Below are positions 1-13,825 of a DNA stretch of 64,000 bases, piece by piece. This DNA is from Octopus vulgaris. Its lineage: Eukaryota. The notes under the pieces were generated by a model, which worked only from the letters and a program-made list of their open reading frames with translations, did not search any database and was not told the origin of the DNA. The DNA lies in contig OX597822.1 of NCBI GenBank assembly GCA_951406725.2, positions 111,042,001-111,106,000 on the forward strand, given 5' to 3'. The first letter of the stretch is position 1. Each line of letters starts with the position of its first letter. The translations under genes and the position numbers were made by a program.

Positions 1-250
1 TCATTGCTGGGTATCTCGGCCCGTACCAAGACTTCAATGTTTGTAACGAAGTCACACCCGTGTATATTGAGGATGGTGCGGAGACACCGCAAGTGGAAGC
101 GCTCGAGGAGACGGATGTGACTGCGGTAAGTGATCCAGGTCTCTGAGCCATAGAGAAGAGTGGTGAGAACCACGGCCCTGTAGACACTGATCTTTGTTTT
201 GTTCTTCGGGTTATTATTGTGCCAAACACGTTTGTACAATCTGCCAAATG
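1..250 (-). mobile_element. RTE-clade LINE ORF2 fragment (post-RT/thumb region), 5'-truncated, continues past the window edge
   Basis: The minus strand translates as FGRLYKRVWHNNNPKNKTKISVYRAVVLTTLLYGSETWITYRSHIRLLERFHLRCLRTILNIHGCDFVTNIEVLVRAEIPS, matching the RTE/BovB-type TK..VY.AVVL..LLYG.ETW...LERFH.RCLR.IL.I motif. Confidence 0.9.
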
Positions 251-1804
251 TTTCACTATAGCTGGGTTCTATTTGGTTGAACACTAACCACTGTAGCAAT
301 GAATGTACAATATATTTAACATGACTATCAATAAAGTTTAGTGTAAAGTACAATTAATCATACGGATGTTGTACTGAGAAGCATGAGGACTCCTTCCTGG
401 TTGATTGCATCTCGATGCATTACATCAAGGCTTCAGATTTCATTTTTGTTCTTTGAGCTGTGAAATTGAAACAGTCACTAATGCATCGAAAATTAAATGG
501 TTACAAATGTTCGAGATAGTTGACTCACATCCCTGGTCCTTTAAGTTTTGTATTAAATGAGAATATTGTTTCTCTCTCGCTCAGCAGTCTCTGAATCAAA
601 ACTGCTGCAATAATATTTCTGCGAAATGTTGGAACTTGTTTAATATACTAAATACTAAATATATTTATTTAATAACTAGCGTAATCAAAACTACAAGGAA
701 GTACCACATTATACATGCAACTTCAGGAAATATGTTTATTATCGTAACCTGGTAATACTCAGGAATTCTTTCCTCACGTTGCATAAATATGGAATTAATT
801 CTTTGTGGTTTTAATTACGTTAATTAATAAACGGAATATTAAATAGTTAATAATAATTAGATACTGACTTTCCCATTGAAGAGAATTTTTCAGACAGGGA
901 AATCTATTAATGAAAACATTACGATAAAAATATATTGGATAAATTCACGAATATCATCGCATTACCACCACCGAGATCGTTGTATGAACGATAAAAATAT
1001 ATTGGATAAACTGCTGGAGATCGCTAATTTACGATAACGATATCTGGAATAAATTCATGGAGATCACTGCAGCGAACCGAATTCATGGTCTGTGTTACCT
1101 CAGTTTTGACTGAAGGATTTCTCCGCTAATATACTGATGGAAGGAGTTAATATACATTTCGTAATTTCTCGTTGTCTCATATATGAGGAACCTAGATGAA
1201 AAAAAAGGTAATCATTTCCGTACACTTATTTTGCATTCGATTTCTTTCAGCGTTGGAAAACTCATTACTAATGGGTCTTTAATACGTCTAACCCTGGAAC
1301 GATTGTAACAACTATTTAAAGGTACATTGTTTACTAGATTCGAAGATATACATCTCTTCATTTAATGCCTATTCCCTTTAATTTAATGGATTGTTCATGT
1401 TGTAAAGTAAGGAAACCCAAATAATATTACTGGATATATTTAACGGGCTGAAGGTAGAGAAAGCGCGTTTAAAGACGTATAAGTATGAATCCGATCTTAA
1501 AACTAGATACAAACTTTGTCTGACTTTCACACAATGCATAATTCCTACCACACCATTTCCATATTACACATTGGTTTATTAGTTCTGGAAGAATAAGTTT
1601 TAGTTATAAATCCAAGTTTTAATTTATAGATTGTGAGGTACAGAAATATCGAGGTAAGTCGCTACACTTTCATCACATCAGCTCACGTTTGCGTAGTAAA
1701 ATTGCTCGTTCATTAGTCTATTCAGTGAAATGTGGTTGAAAGGTTTTTATTGAATCAGTTCCAGGCCTTAGCAGATTGTTTGTGTTTTGCAGTGTCTGGT
1801 TGTC

Positions 1805-2058
1805 CAGTAATCCATTGCCATATCGCGGTTAACCTATCGCGGTTAACTTATCACGGTTAACCTATCGCTGTTCATCTATCGTGGTTTATTATTTAAGCTT
1901 ACGTCGATTCCTCTGTGGTGTTATTTTGCATTTATAATAAAATAAATATATACAGATTATAAAAAAAAAATTTTTAATACAGTACTGTTTCTACTTCGTG
2001 GATTTTCGCGAGTGGGTGGGTTTGGAACGTAACAACCGCGAAAGTCGACGGATTACTG
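1805..2058. mobile_element. Tc1/mariner-pogo (Tigger-like) MITE
   Basis: TIRs are CAGTAATCCATTGCCATATCGCGGTT and, as the reverse complement of the right end, CAGTAATCCGTCGACTTTCGCGGTT. TA follows the right end. An internal 14-bp tandem repeat (tatcgcggttaacc-like, about 5 copies) lies at ~1821-1887. Confidence 0.75.
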
Positions 2059-3539
2059 TATTCTTTAACATTCTGTTATCGAGCAGTTTCATTCTTTCTG
2101 GTGCAATAGAATATGTAACACTAATATACAGCTGTCTATCTATTTAACTGACTAAATTTTCCTCTGAAGACCTTTCGCATTTAATATATGTCAGAAAAAA
2201 ATATTAATGATAGTACTAAAATGAAATAGCATTTTATTAGTTACAGTAAAATTGTTGTTTTCATAACATCTTGGACATGAAAGAAGTCTTGTATATAAGT
2301 AAAATTTCAGAAAATATTAATTAGACATATTCTTCCTGCATGAAATATTTTGTTCGTGTTACGGTGTAGACTAACTTAGTGATTTACGTCTTAACAGAAG
2401 TTGTTTCAGCGCATTTGGAAAATAAAATGAAACGAGTATTCTTAACATTGATCACATTGCGACTGCTGAAGAGAAAGAGTTAACATTGATTGTTAAATCA
2501 AATAATGTTCATATTTCTATAACTGGTTAATTGATTTGACCTTTCACAGATGTACTTGTAAAATGTTTCGACTGATTTTATATCCGTGATAGTTACATTC
2601 CCTCCATATCGGTGCATACAACAGCCGTTTAGTAATTAAATAGATCTCCCAAATAATGGCCGTCTGGAAAACAGCCAAATTTGATACAGCTCAACTTCAT
2701 GACGTGAATTATTATTCACAGAGCCAACAAACAGTACATACATCAAACACAACATATTTAATACAAAACACTTATACTAAATACAAACGCTTTGCAGCTG
2801 ATATAAAAAAATAACGGCATCACTAACATCTGGAGTTTGAATGTTTATTAAGCTCACTGAATACAGTTCAGTAAAGCAACGTGAGAAGAATATGTAAAGA
2901 ATTTGAATTTCTCAGGCGTCAGAAATACTTTCGGAATAATAGTACAGAGTAAGATGTCAAACAATATATCCAGTATTAATTTATCTGCACATACAAAAAG
3001 AAATTATAGATCAGTCTCTGTTGCTAGCGTCAATAAATGTGACAAAACGGATTAATACGACATTTTTTGGAGACATACGGAGAGCTGTTTCAAGCAAAGC
3101 TTTCTAAATAAGAGTTGTAAGAAAATTTATATCAACAGAAGCTGCAATGTTATTTACTATAAAAGCCATAACCAGATTAAGAGCATTTAAAGAATAAAAA
3201 AAGAAACTGTTGACGAGTATGTTGATAAAGTGAATAACTAAGTTCAAAGAAATTTCAAATGCAACGGATAAAAATATTTGGAAACCATTCATGCCAAAGA
3301 ATGCTTGTCTGAAAACATAAAAGCGTGCCAACGTTCTAATAAGTCGTATAAATTTACAGTTTTTGAATTATTTAAAAGCTTTATATAATTTGTATCAGTC
3401 TGGATTGGACAATCATTTTTTCCACATGAGGCTTTTAAGTGCGTCGTTGCGTTGGAAGAAAACTGACGTAACGATTCCTTGAAAAGACGTCAAAACCGTT
3501 ATTACTGCAACGACAATTGCCACTACTAATAGTAGTAGT

Positions 3540-3865
3540 GTGGAGGCGCAATGGCCCAGTGGTTAGGGCAGCGGACTTGCGGTCGGAGGATCGTGGTTTC
3601 GATTCCCAGACCGGGCGTTCTGTGCGTTTATTGAGCGAAAACACCTAAAAGATCCACGATGTCTGGCAAGAGGTGGTGGCGACCCCTGTTGTACTCTTTC
3701 GCCACAACTTTCTCTCCCTCTCTCTCTTCCTGTTTTTTTTTTTTTTTTTAGTAACGCTGCGATGGACTGGCGTCACGTCCAGCTGGGGGGGGGGGGGACA
3801 CATACGCGATAGAAACCGAGAAACCGGTCCCATGAGCCTGGCTAGGCTTGAAAAGGGCGAAAAAA
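3540..3865 (+). mobile_element. tRNA-derived SINE family A, tail type 1
   Basis: Pol III A box TGGCCCAGTGG and B box GTTTCGATTCC; the head is shared with 48343-48695 and 63497-63860. A-rich end and 12-bp TSD aatagtagtagt (3528-3539 / 3866-3877). Confidence 0.9.
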
Positions 3866-3962
3866 AATAGTAGTAGTAACAGAAGAAGCAGTGGCATCAA
3901 CAGCAGCAGTAGCAGCAGCAGTAGCAGCAGCAGTAGCAGCAGCAGCAGTAGTAGTGCTACTA
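3866..3962. repeat. (CAG/TAG)n trinucleotide microsatellite
   Basis: Mixed agc/agt run directly visible. Confidence 0.9.
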
Positions 3963-4451
3963 CCCTTGCATTCATTATCATTGACAAGATCTGGGCGAAG
4001 CTATTAGCCAATGAACTCGACCTATATTCCGTAGAAAGGTGAGACAAAAGTTGACGCTGGCGTCATTTGAACTTAGAATGTAACAAATCACCATTGAAAA
4101 CTGTATTTTGAAATTTCATTTTTAGCGATTCTTCCTTCTATCCAATACTTATTTCACCAACTCCTGGAAATGACTGTTGGAGTTGACCCTGTTATATTGC
4201 ACCAAAGAATATAAAGACAAAATAGCACAAGACGTTTTGGCCTCTGCTCTTCTAATTCTGCCGCTATTTTTCTCATATCCTTCCCTTCGCAGCCTCGCTG
4301 GCGCACTGCCGATGCGAGGTTACGGCGAAAAAGAAATCGCCGCGATATTTGCTTTCGCATAGTTTGGTACTTATTCTAACGTTCTCACGAGGTTGCTAAC
4401 AAAGCGACATGGCTGTTAAGCCGCGGAATGTGACAAATACGACATTTTGAA

Positions 4452-4477
4452 ACACTCACACGCACGCACACACACAT

Positions 4478-4560
<83 letters not shown>
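4452..4560. repeat. (CA)n microsatellite
   Basis: Directly visible. Confidence 0.95.
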
Positions 4561-4562
<2 letters not shown>

Positions 4563-4721
4563 TTTATACAACGTGATTTCACGTAGTTTCTGTCCACCAT
4601 GTTCACTAACAACGCGTTTGTCGGTTCGGATTTAGTACGAGAAATTTGCTTACAGTGGAGTCAAACCGGAAACCGCGTGGCCGCAATATGAGCTTCTTGA
4701 TCACTCAGCTGTGTCTTAAAA

Positions 4722-4860
4722 AAATTAATACTAACAATTAATACTAACAATAATACTAACAATAATACTAACAATTAATACTAACAATAAATACTAACAA
4801 TAATACAAACAATTAATACTAACAATAATACTAACAATTAATACTAACAATAATAACAAT
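4722..4860. repeat. 12/13-bp minisatellite (aat(t)aatactaac)n, about 11 units
   Basis: Alternating aattaatactaac / aataatactaac units. Confidence 0.9.
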
Positions 4861-6261
4861 TGTAATTTCGGTACTAGGCCACCTCTTTTGAGTGTAGGAG
4901 ATAAGTCTATAATACCGATCCAACCCGGAGGGATGAAAGGTAAAATTCATTGTGGCGTGACTTCAACTGTAGCGTAAATCATTTCTGCTAATGGTCTAAC
5001 AATTCTACCAGTCTGGTGTCCGACTGCTAATAAGAAATATTAATACCGTCTAAATATTTGGGACTCTTTACCAACGAAACATTCCGAAATTTTATCTGTG
5101 AAAGTAAAAATGGAATCCAAGCATTTGATGCTATTTTTCTTAATGTTATATTTACAGTAATAATTGGTTACACTATTTCAATATGGCTATCATATTTCAG
5201 TTCCACAGAATGCCTATGAGATATGCCTTAACATCACAGGATCTTCGTTTCTTTTCCTATTAATGCATGACCTTGTGTGATCGTAAAACGAAAAATCAAT
5301 ATAAAGTCTATTTGATGGTTTTATGCAGAACTATGTTAACCCATGTTGTTTTACTGACATTTTAAAATATATTTATATATATTCACAAGCTTCTATATTC
5401 GTGATGGCATGCGGTCTCTTAAGCATGCTGGTTGAATTAGCTTTTATATAACAGACACTTGATTTGCCACTTGTAGAGGAAGGGTGGAAGTGATATGTTT
5501 CTAGCAAGCTGAGATATAAGCTTAATACCGTTGTAAAGCTCTATACTTTATAGCTACGGGCAAAGTGATATAGATTCTAGTAACATAGTTATGATAATTA
5601 AATTTCTTGTGTGCTTCTACATAATTCCTAATTCTTAGTTTTTACCTCTCATCTATAATCCGAAAGTTGTGGAGGCCATAGAGTAAGATATTCGCTCCCC
5701 GAAGAAGTTAATTCAATCTATATAGAGTGTAATTACTTGCATAAAATGCATCATTATTACACAATCGACTTACCTTCCAACGTTCATTTGTGGCCTTATA
5801 CCTGAGTGAAAAATGATGATGTTAAGAAGAAAAGAAACAATAAAAACCTTTACAGCGATTAAAAGTACAACTGCCTGAATGTGTGTCCTGCAAGTGAATT
5901 AAGTCAGAATTTTATTGCTTTTCTTTCACTAAACATATTTAGCGCACGTGTTATAATCGAATAACCACAAGTAGTCTAAAAACAATAGTTCCTTCGCATA
6001 ATCTCTTGTAATGAAATGGAACGATTTAATTTATATCAGACTGGTGCTTGGAGAGTAAATTGACGTTAAAAACTGTAAAGTGACTTCCAAATAAGCAAGC
6101 GAAACGGGTGAAAAGTCAGCGGAAACAACAATTACATTATGAATTGCTTTGGGTTTATGAGGAATGGGAAATCAGGTAGCTTATTTTATTACGGTAATGT
6201 ATGCTTTAGAAAAATGTGACAGAAAGAGAAAGAGATGAAAGAGAAAAGCGACAAATGTTGA

Positions 6262-6678
6262 TTTTACTCTTTTACTCATTTACTTGTTTCAGTCATTTGA
6301 CTGCGGCCATGCTGGAGCACCGCCTTTAGTCGAGCAAATCGACCCCGGGACTTATTCTTTGTAAGCCCAGTACTTATTCTATCGGTCCCTTTTGCCGAAC
6401 CGCTAAGTGACGGGGACGTAAACACACCAGCATCGGTTGCCAAGCAATGCTAGGGGGCCAAACACAGACACACAAACACACACACACATACATATACATA
6501 TATATACATATATACGACAGGCGTCTTTCAATTTCCGCCTACCAAATCCACACACAAGGCTTTGGTCGGCCCGGGGCTATAGCAGAAGACACTTGCCCAA
6601 GATGCGATGCAGTGAGACTGAACCCGGAACCATGTAGTTGGTTAGCAAGCTACTTACCACACAGCCACTCCTGCGCCT
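6262..6678 (-). mobile_element. tRNA-derived SINE family B (CORE-like), full length
   Basis: The minus strand begins AGGCGCAGGAGTGGCTGTGTGGTAAG (A box), then GGTTCAGTC (B box) and CTTGGGCAAGTG (CORE-like), with an internal TA/TG microsatellite and a (GAGTAAAA)n tail. There are at least 12 copies in the window. Confidence 0.9.
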
Positions 6679-7021
6679 ATTGATTGTTTATTATTATTAT
6701 TAAAGAAGCGGTTTCGGTAAATTGGGGAGATGTCGGTAAATAAATTAACTTATAAATATGACTAAAATTTATCCTATGTCCTCACCGCTACACACACACA
6801 CAGAGGAATATACTCTGAAACAAAATAAAAACTTACTCACACACACACACACACAAGCACACACACGCATGCACACACACGCATGCACACAATATGTCCG
6901 TGTACCTATTTCAACATTGCGCGTGCATGCGTCTATATCTACAGCTGAAAACTACGTGAAGAACCTAGAAGTAGTCTGAGGGGATAACTGTGGATGAAAA
7001 ACGTTTTACATAAAGATTAGC

Positions 7022-7432
7022 AAGAGCAGGAGTGGCTGTGTGGTAAGTAGCTTGCTTACCAACCACATGGTTCCGGGTTCAGTCCCACTGCATGGCACCT
7101 TGGGCAAGTGTCTTCTGCTATAGCCCCGGGCCGACCAATGCCTTGTGAGTTGATTTGGTAGACGGAAACAGAAAGAAGCCTGTCGTATATATGTATGTAT
7201 GTGTGTATGTTTGTGTGTCTGTGTTTGTCACCCTAGCATTGCTTGACAACCGATGCTGGTGTGTTTACGTCCCCGTAACCTAGCGGTTCGGCAAAAGAGA
7301 CTGATAGAATAAGTACTGGGCTTACAAAGAATAAGTCCCGGGGTCGATTTGCTCCACTAAAGGCGGTGCTCCAGCATGGCCGCAGTCAAATGACTGAAGC
7401 AAATACAAGAGTAAAGAGTAAAGAGTAAAGAG
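7022..7432 (+). mobile_element. SINE family B, full length
   Basis: Same head, body and tail as 6262-6678 in the opposite orientation; tail (gagtaaa)n. Confidence 0.9.
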
Positions 7433-7548
7433 CATTAATGACATCGAACTCACATGGTTCGGAGCACCAGAAGACGACCATGGGCATTTTCTCTTCATCC
7501 AAACTCAGCTTGAGAATAAATTTGCATACAAGATTCAGAAACTCGCAA

Positions 7549-7549
<1 letters not shown>

Positions 7550-7612
<63 letters not shown>

Positions 7613-7675
7613 GCACACGCACATGCATGCACTTACACACACAAGCACACGCACATGCACATGCACACACACACA
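7550..7675. repeat. (CA)n microsatellite
   Basis: Directly visible. Confidence 0.9.
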
Positions 7676-7884
7676 TTAACGTATCATAAGAGAACAGTGT
7701 GAGTAGCTAACGTTTCTGGAACTCGGCGAAACTTTTGATTTTTCATCAAAGAAAGAATAGAAAATGAAACTGCTCAGCTCCTGTTTGATTTGAGATGAAA
7801 AAAAATAATAATTTCTTTCACATGTGTTGCCCGTAATCTCAACACCTGCTCTCAGATTGTTATCACTTTCTAGACTTCAATAAG

Positions 7885-7989
7885 TATACATACATACACA
7901 GAAACGCCTAGATACAAACGTACATAGACACACACAAATACATGCAAACACACACACACACACAAACATATATACATACATACATACAC

Positions 7990-8020
<31 letters not shown>

Positions 8021-8029
8021 CATATACAT

Positions 8030-8070
<41 letters not shown>

Positions 8071-8294
8071 TATATATATATATACACACACACACAATTT
8101 ATATATACAAGAGCTATGGAGCACCAGGTTTGCTATAAATAGGACTCAAAAATTCTCCTATTTTTAGCAAATCTGCTGCTTCATAGGGCCATTGTTATAT
8201 ATAATTGATATATATATATATATATATTAATGTTGCCTATACGGTTACAAGCTTGCAGCCTCTTAGTTTATTATCTCTCATGAGTATTAATGCT

Positions 8295-8329
<35 letters not shown>

Positions 8330-8416
8330 TATGCATGTATATATACATATATATTTACATATATATATGTATTTATATATATACATATATATATATATTT
8401 ATATACATATATATTC

Positions 8417-8465
<49 letters not shown>

Positions 8466-8660
8466 TATACACTTTTGTATGTATGTATATATATATGTAT
8501 ATATATGTATATACATATGCACGTTTGTATGTATGTAAGTATATATATATACATATATATATATATGTATATATATATGTATATATATATGTATATATGT
8601 GTATAAATGTATGTGTATGTTTGCGCGTGTGAGAGAGACTGTATGCGTATATATATGCGT
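7885..8660. repeat. Compound (TA)n/(TACA)n/(CA)n microsatellite region
   Basis: Low-complexity tracts with short unique islands. Confidence 0.85.
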
Positions 8661-10119
8661 GCACAGTAGTTTATTCACTATCCTAAAATCGTGTACGTTT
8701 TACGTTAAGACACAACGTGTAAATATAAAATATGAGTATTATCACTATCTACAGAATCGTTTTCAAACCGAGATAAAAACACAGTCGTGACTGTACTGAA
8801 GCTTTAAAAGCTTTTGCTGTTCCCGATAAATAAACCGTGTGTATGAATGTGAGCATTTTCGACCTCTTCCTTGTTTCCTCCGATCTACCGAACAATATAT
8901 CTTATTCTTACTCGCAAATACTCACCATGAATAAATCAGTACATTACAATAAAGCCTGTTAATGTCTAGATACCTATATTTTATTCAGCTACCTTTAAGA
9001 TTTTCGAAAAAGCTGTTGAGCTGATATCTTCGTGTACTATATTTTCACTTTTATTCCATAACATAATGCTGTCAGTTTGTATGTCACAATACAATACTAC
9101 ACAACCCATTTCACTGTATATTCAATTCCATACTTTATATCATTGTAATGGCTTTTAACACATGCAATATGCTAGACATATCTTGAGTCGGTTATAATCG
9201 ATATGAACGAGTCCAGTATTTCATTGGCACTTATGAACGATGAAATGCAATGTAAAGGTCTTATAATTCAAAAGGAAAAGAACGTAACTAAATGCTACGG
9301 GGCAATATATTCATCCTGTTATGGTTGATATCAATGCCTCTTCCATTTTTTAAATTTAAAGTTGAGTATTCCCTTTAAATTAAATACTGGAGAACCTATT
9401 TGGTAAAAGGGGAATTGAAAATTATATTGAACTTAGAAGTTAATTTTATATTTTCTCAAAAATAAAATCCCGATGTTGGCCGCAGTGGGATTTCAAGTCA
9501 GGAAATATATGAACACAACTAAATAATGCCACCAGTATATATGACGTAATAACAATTCTGAAAGTACACGGCCATTTTGAAATGCATAATATTAAACAGT
9601 AAATATTTGTTAGCAAGTATTCAAGTGCAAAAATAGCGAAAATATCTTGGAGTTTGGATCGAATTACAGATCTTTGGGGGAAAAACAGAGGAGCGATTCA
9701 GCTATTGGACAAAAATACATTTACTATAACAAACATATATAAATATATGCACACATCATACATAAATACGTACATACATACATACATACATACATACATA
9801 CATACTTACATATATAATTAGATATATACAAGCATGTACGCATACATAAATGCATATGTACATCCAAATACGCATGCGTACATACATAGACGTATATGCA
9901 TATAAGCATAAATACATGTATGTACGTAAGTATGTATCTACGTATATACATATGCATGTGTGTGTGTGTATGCATGTATGTATATACATATTTCTGTATA
10001 CATAAACGTATATACAAAAACATGTACACTAATAAAAATCAGACGGACAGACAGATACTAGTATTTGACATATTTCTCTTCAGCCATGAAAATTATTGTT
10101 AATTACTATTAATATCAAG

Positions 10120-10194
10120 AATAATAATAAAAGTAATAATAATAATAATAATAACGATAATAATAATAATAACAATAATAATAATAATAATAAC

Positions 10195-10275
<81 letters not shown>
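10120..10275. repeat. (AAT)n microsatellite
   Basis: About 50 aat units. Confidence 0.95.
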
Positions 10276-10529
10276 CCATTTCTTATGAATTATGATTTCT
10301 CTTGAGAACAGGATATTGCATGTTGTTTTAGGCTGACCTATTTCCAATACGATTCAATACAGACGTGCAGTTCCTTTATAGGAATATACGACGCTGCTAC
10401 ATCTCCATTGATGCCGTATTCAATCAGTCTCTCCGCATTCCATTGTGTTACATGAAAACAATATTGTAGAATATTTCTACATGTACGTATGTAATATCAC
10501 AACAAACACTATGGCGGTTAATCTAAAGT

Positions 10530-10855
10530 CTATGTATGTATACATGTATATATGTATGTATTATGTATGTATGTATGTATGTATGTATGTATGTATGTAT
10601 GTATGTAGGTGTGTGTCTATTTATGTATGAATGTATGTATGCATGTATGTATGAATGTATGTATGTATGTATGTATGTAGGTATGTGTCTATTTATGTAT
10701 GTAAGTATGTATGAATTAATGTGTCTGTGCGTCTGTATGTACGCATGAATGCATGTATGTATGTATATACGCATGTATATCTGTATGCAAGCATGTATGT
10801 ATGGGTGCATATATGTATGTCCCTGCATGTGTATTTATATGCATGTATATATATG

Positions 10856-10905
<50 letters not shown>

Positions 10906-11557
10906 GACACCTATATGTATATATGTATATATACATACATATATTACACACGCATATACATACACACATATATGTATGCATGTATTCATAATATGTATTT
11001 AGGTGCATAAGTACGTGATTGTGTGTGTGAGAGTGAGTGTGTGTGGGGGGAGTATATGTGTGCGTGAGTGTGTCTGTGTTTGTGAATAGCCAGGTATGTA
11101 TGTCACATATTTTATTTGACAATAGAAATTATCTACACACAAACATACATGCATGCATACAGGCATGCATACAAACACCCATACAAATATACATACATGC
11201 ATACATACATGTATACATGCATACATACATGCATGCATACATACATACATACATGCATGCATACATACATACATACATACATACATACATACATACATAC
11301 ATACATACATACATACATACATACATACATACATACATACATACATACATACATACATACATACATGCATGTATACATACATACATACATACATACATGC
11401 ATGCATGTATACATACATACATACATACATACATACATACATACATACATACAAACATACATACATACATACATACATACATACATACATGCATACATAC
11501 ATACATACATACATACATACATACATACATACATACATACATACATACATACATACA

Positions 11558-11591
<34 letters not shown>

Positions 11592-11601
11592 CATACATAC
11601 A

Positions 11602-11635
<34 letters not shown>

Positions 11636-11740
11636 CATACAAACATACATACATACATACATACATACATACATACATACATACATACATACATACATAC
11701 ATACATACATACATACATACATACATGCATGCATGCATAC
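10530..11740. repeat. (TATG)n then (CATA)n tetranucleotide arrays in opposite orientation
   Basis: (tatg)n at ~10530-10860 and (cata)n at ~11140-11740. Confidence 0.9.
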
Positions 11741-11990
11741 AATATGATGTACTTCCTCTAGCACACTTTTAACTTCAACCGGAAGGAATAGTTGCAAATA
11801 TAGTGATGGAAGAATAAATTCCGCACACACACACTCTCTTTCTCTCACGCACACTCACACAAACTTACACACACATATACACTTCTGCAAGCGAGTGCAT
11901 ATAAGAGCGTGCTTAAAACATATATCTTGGGCATATGAACATATAGGTACAGATGTATGAATATATACGTAGATACATAGGTACATACAT

Positions 11991-12150
11991 AGTCGCAAGA
12001 GTGGCTGTGTGGTAAGTAGATTGCTAACGAACCGCATCGTTACGGGTTCATTCCCGCTGCGTGGCACCTTGGGCGAGTGTCTTCTACTATAGCCTCTGGA
12101 CGACCAAAGCCTTGTGAGTGGATTTGGTAGACGGAAACTGAAAGAAGCCC

Positions 12151-12197
<47 letters not shown>

Positions 12198-12430
12198 TGT
12201 GTGTGTGTGTATGTTTGTGTGCCAGTGTTTGTCCCCACTCCCCACAACATCGCTTGACAACAGATGGTGGTGTGCTTACGTCCCCGTATCTTAGCGGTTC
12301 GGCAAAAGGGAACGATAGCATAAGTATTAGGCTTGCAATGAATAAGTCCTGGGGTCGATTTGCTCGACTAAAGGTGGTGCTCCAGCATGGCAGCATCAAA
12401 TGACTGAAACAATTAAAAGAGTAAAGAGTA
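11991..12430 (+). mobile_element. SINE family B
   Basis: Family B head and tail; TSD gtacatacatag (11981-11992 / 12428-12439). Confidence 0.9.
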
Positions 12431-12444
12431 CATACATAGATACA

Positions 12445-12510
<66 letters not shown>

Positions 12511-12521
12511 TTCATATATAT

Positions 12522-12552
<31 letters not shown>

Positions 12553-13283
12553 CGATATATATGATAGCAACAAGTATATTTACGTATATATATATATGTA
12601 TATACATACGCATATATACATATATACATATACATACATATATGTATGTATACACCCATATATATATATATATATACATGTGCACATACTCCTATAATAC
12701 GTTGTTTATTATCTTGTATTATGATCAAGCATCTCTCGTTCATGTCAAATATTTTTTTTTTATGTACTGCAACTTAACACATGCTATATTCCATATTCTG
12801 GCCAACATTCAGGTCATATGTCTATACATAAAAGCGCTTTTGACGTCTAATATTTCTCTTTATCCATATTGATTTTACATTGTTCCCCAATGGCTTCTTC
12901 TATGGTCAATCGACAGTTTCAGCGTTAACTTATGACGTCTGATATATTATATTATCAAAATTTTGTTTTGGCTCATAAGTTTCAGGTGAATTTATAGTGA
13001 CTTATAGGTTCTGCGTTAATGTTATCTCCCGAATATCGATGTAGACCATTTTATAAGGATGCACAATTTTTTTTAATACTGTTATTTAACTATCTTTAAG
13101 AAATCTTCCATATAGAACTAAATTTGCCTATTCACATGTCTGTTGCTCAACGCTAATGTAGGATCGTCTTAAGTATATCGAGGTAGGGATCGGCACAAGT
13201 GTTACTGTGGTTTAACATTTCTTTTGCTTGATCCCGCCGTTACCCTTCAAACTTTACATTCAAAGATAAACTAAACACACCAA

Positions 13284-13322
<39 letters not shown>

Positions 13323-13369
13323 GTACACACACTTACGTACACACTCGTATACGTCTCACTGTGTGTTAA

Positions 13370-13641
13370 GGCAACATGAGGAGGAAATATCTTCTGCTAT
13401 GATCTCCGTCCACCCCTTGTGAGTGGTCTCGACTCTCAGTAACTAACAGAAACCCGTTGCATGAGCCACTACCCACATTTTTTCTCTCCTTATTTCTCCT
13501 CTTGTTTTTTCTGTGTCCCTTTCTGTAGAAGAGCGTAGGCTCGAAACGTAAAAGTCTTTTTCTATTCCTGAGCGTTATACTAATACATCTATTTGTTTTG
13601 TACACCACCTGTCTTCGTCTTTTGTTTTATTCGTTAACTCT

Positions 13642-13645
<4 letters not shown>
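13370..13645 (+). mobile_element. Penelope-like element terminal (pLTR) remnant with a minimal hammerhead-like motif
   Basis: cttt-CTGTAGA-A-GAGC-gtag-GCTC-GAAAC-GTA-aaag at 13519-13554; bounded by (CA)n and (TA)n tracts; related to the 14225-14420 element. Confidence 0.55.
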
Positions 13646-13697
<52 letters not shown>

Positions 13698-13698
<1 letters not shown>

Positions 13699-13741
13699 CA
13701 TCATTAGACTGTAACCGGCATAATAGAATTGGAGCTTTATT

Positions 13742-13781
<40 letters not shown>

Positions 13782-13825
13782 AATAAAGATCCAATTTGAT
13801 TATGCCGGTTACAGTCTAATGATGC
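13698..13825. repeat. Inverted repeat with 47-bp arms around (AT)n
   Basis: GCATCATTAGACTGTAACCGGCATAAT...TTTATTTGC-(AT)n-GCAAATAAA...ATTATGCCGGTTACAGTCTAATGATGC, 3 mismatches. Confidence 0.9.

Noticed and set aside
3540-3618. tRNA-like sequence with A and B boxes (also the heads of families B and C)
   Set aside because: No proper acceptor stem or cloverleaf; it continues into a SINE body with TSDs, so it is not a tRNA gene.
10999-11854. Long ORFs (200-247 aa) of MYVC/HTYI repeats, and similar ORFs at 29316-30102, 39185-40029 and 42306-42935
   Set aside because: They are translations of stop-free microsatellites, open in several frames, with no coding signal.
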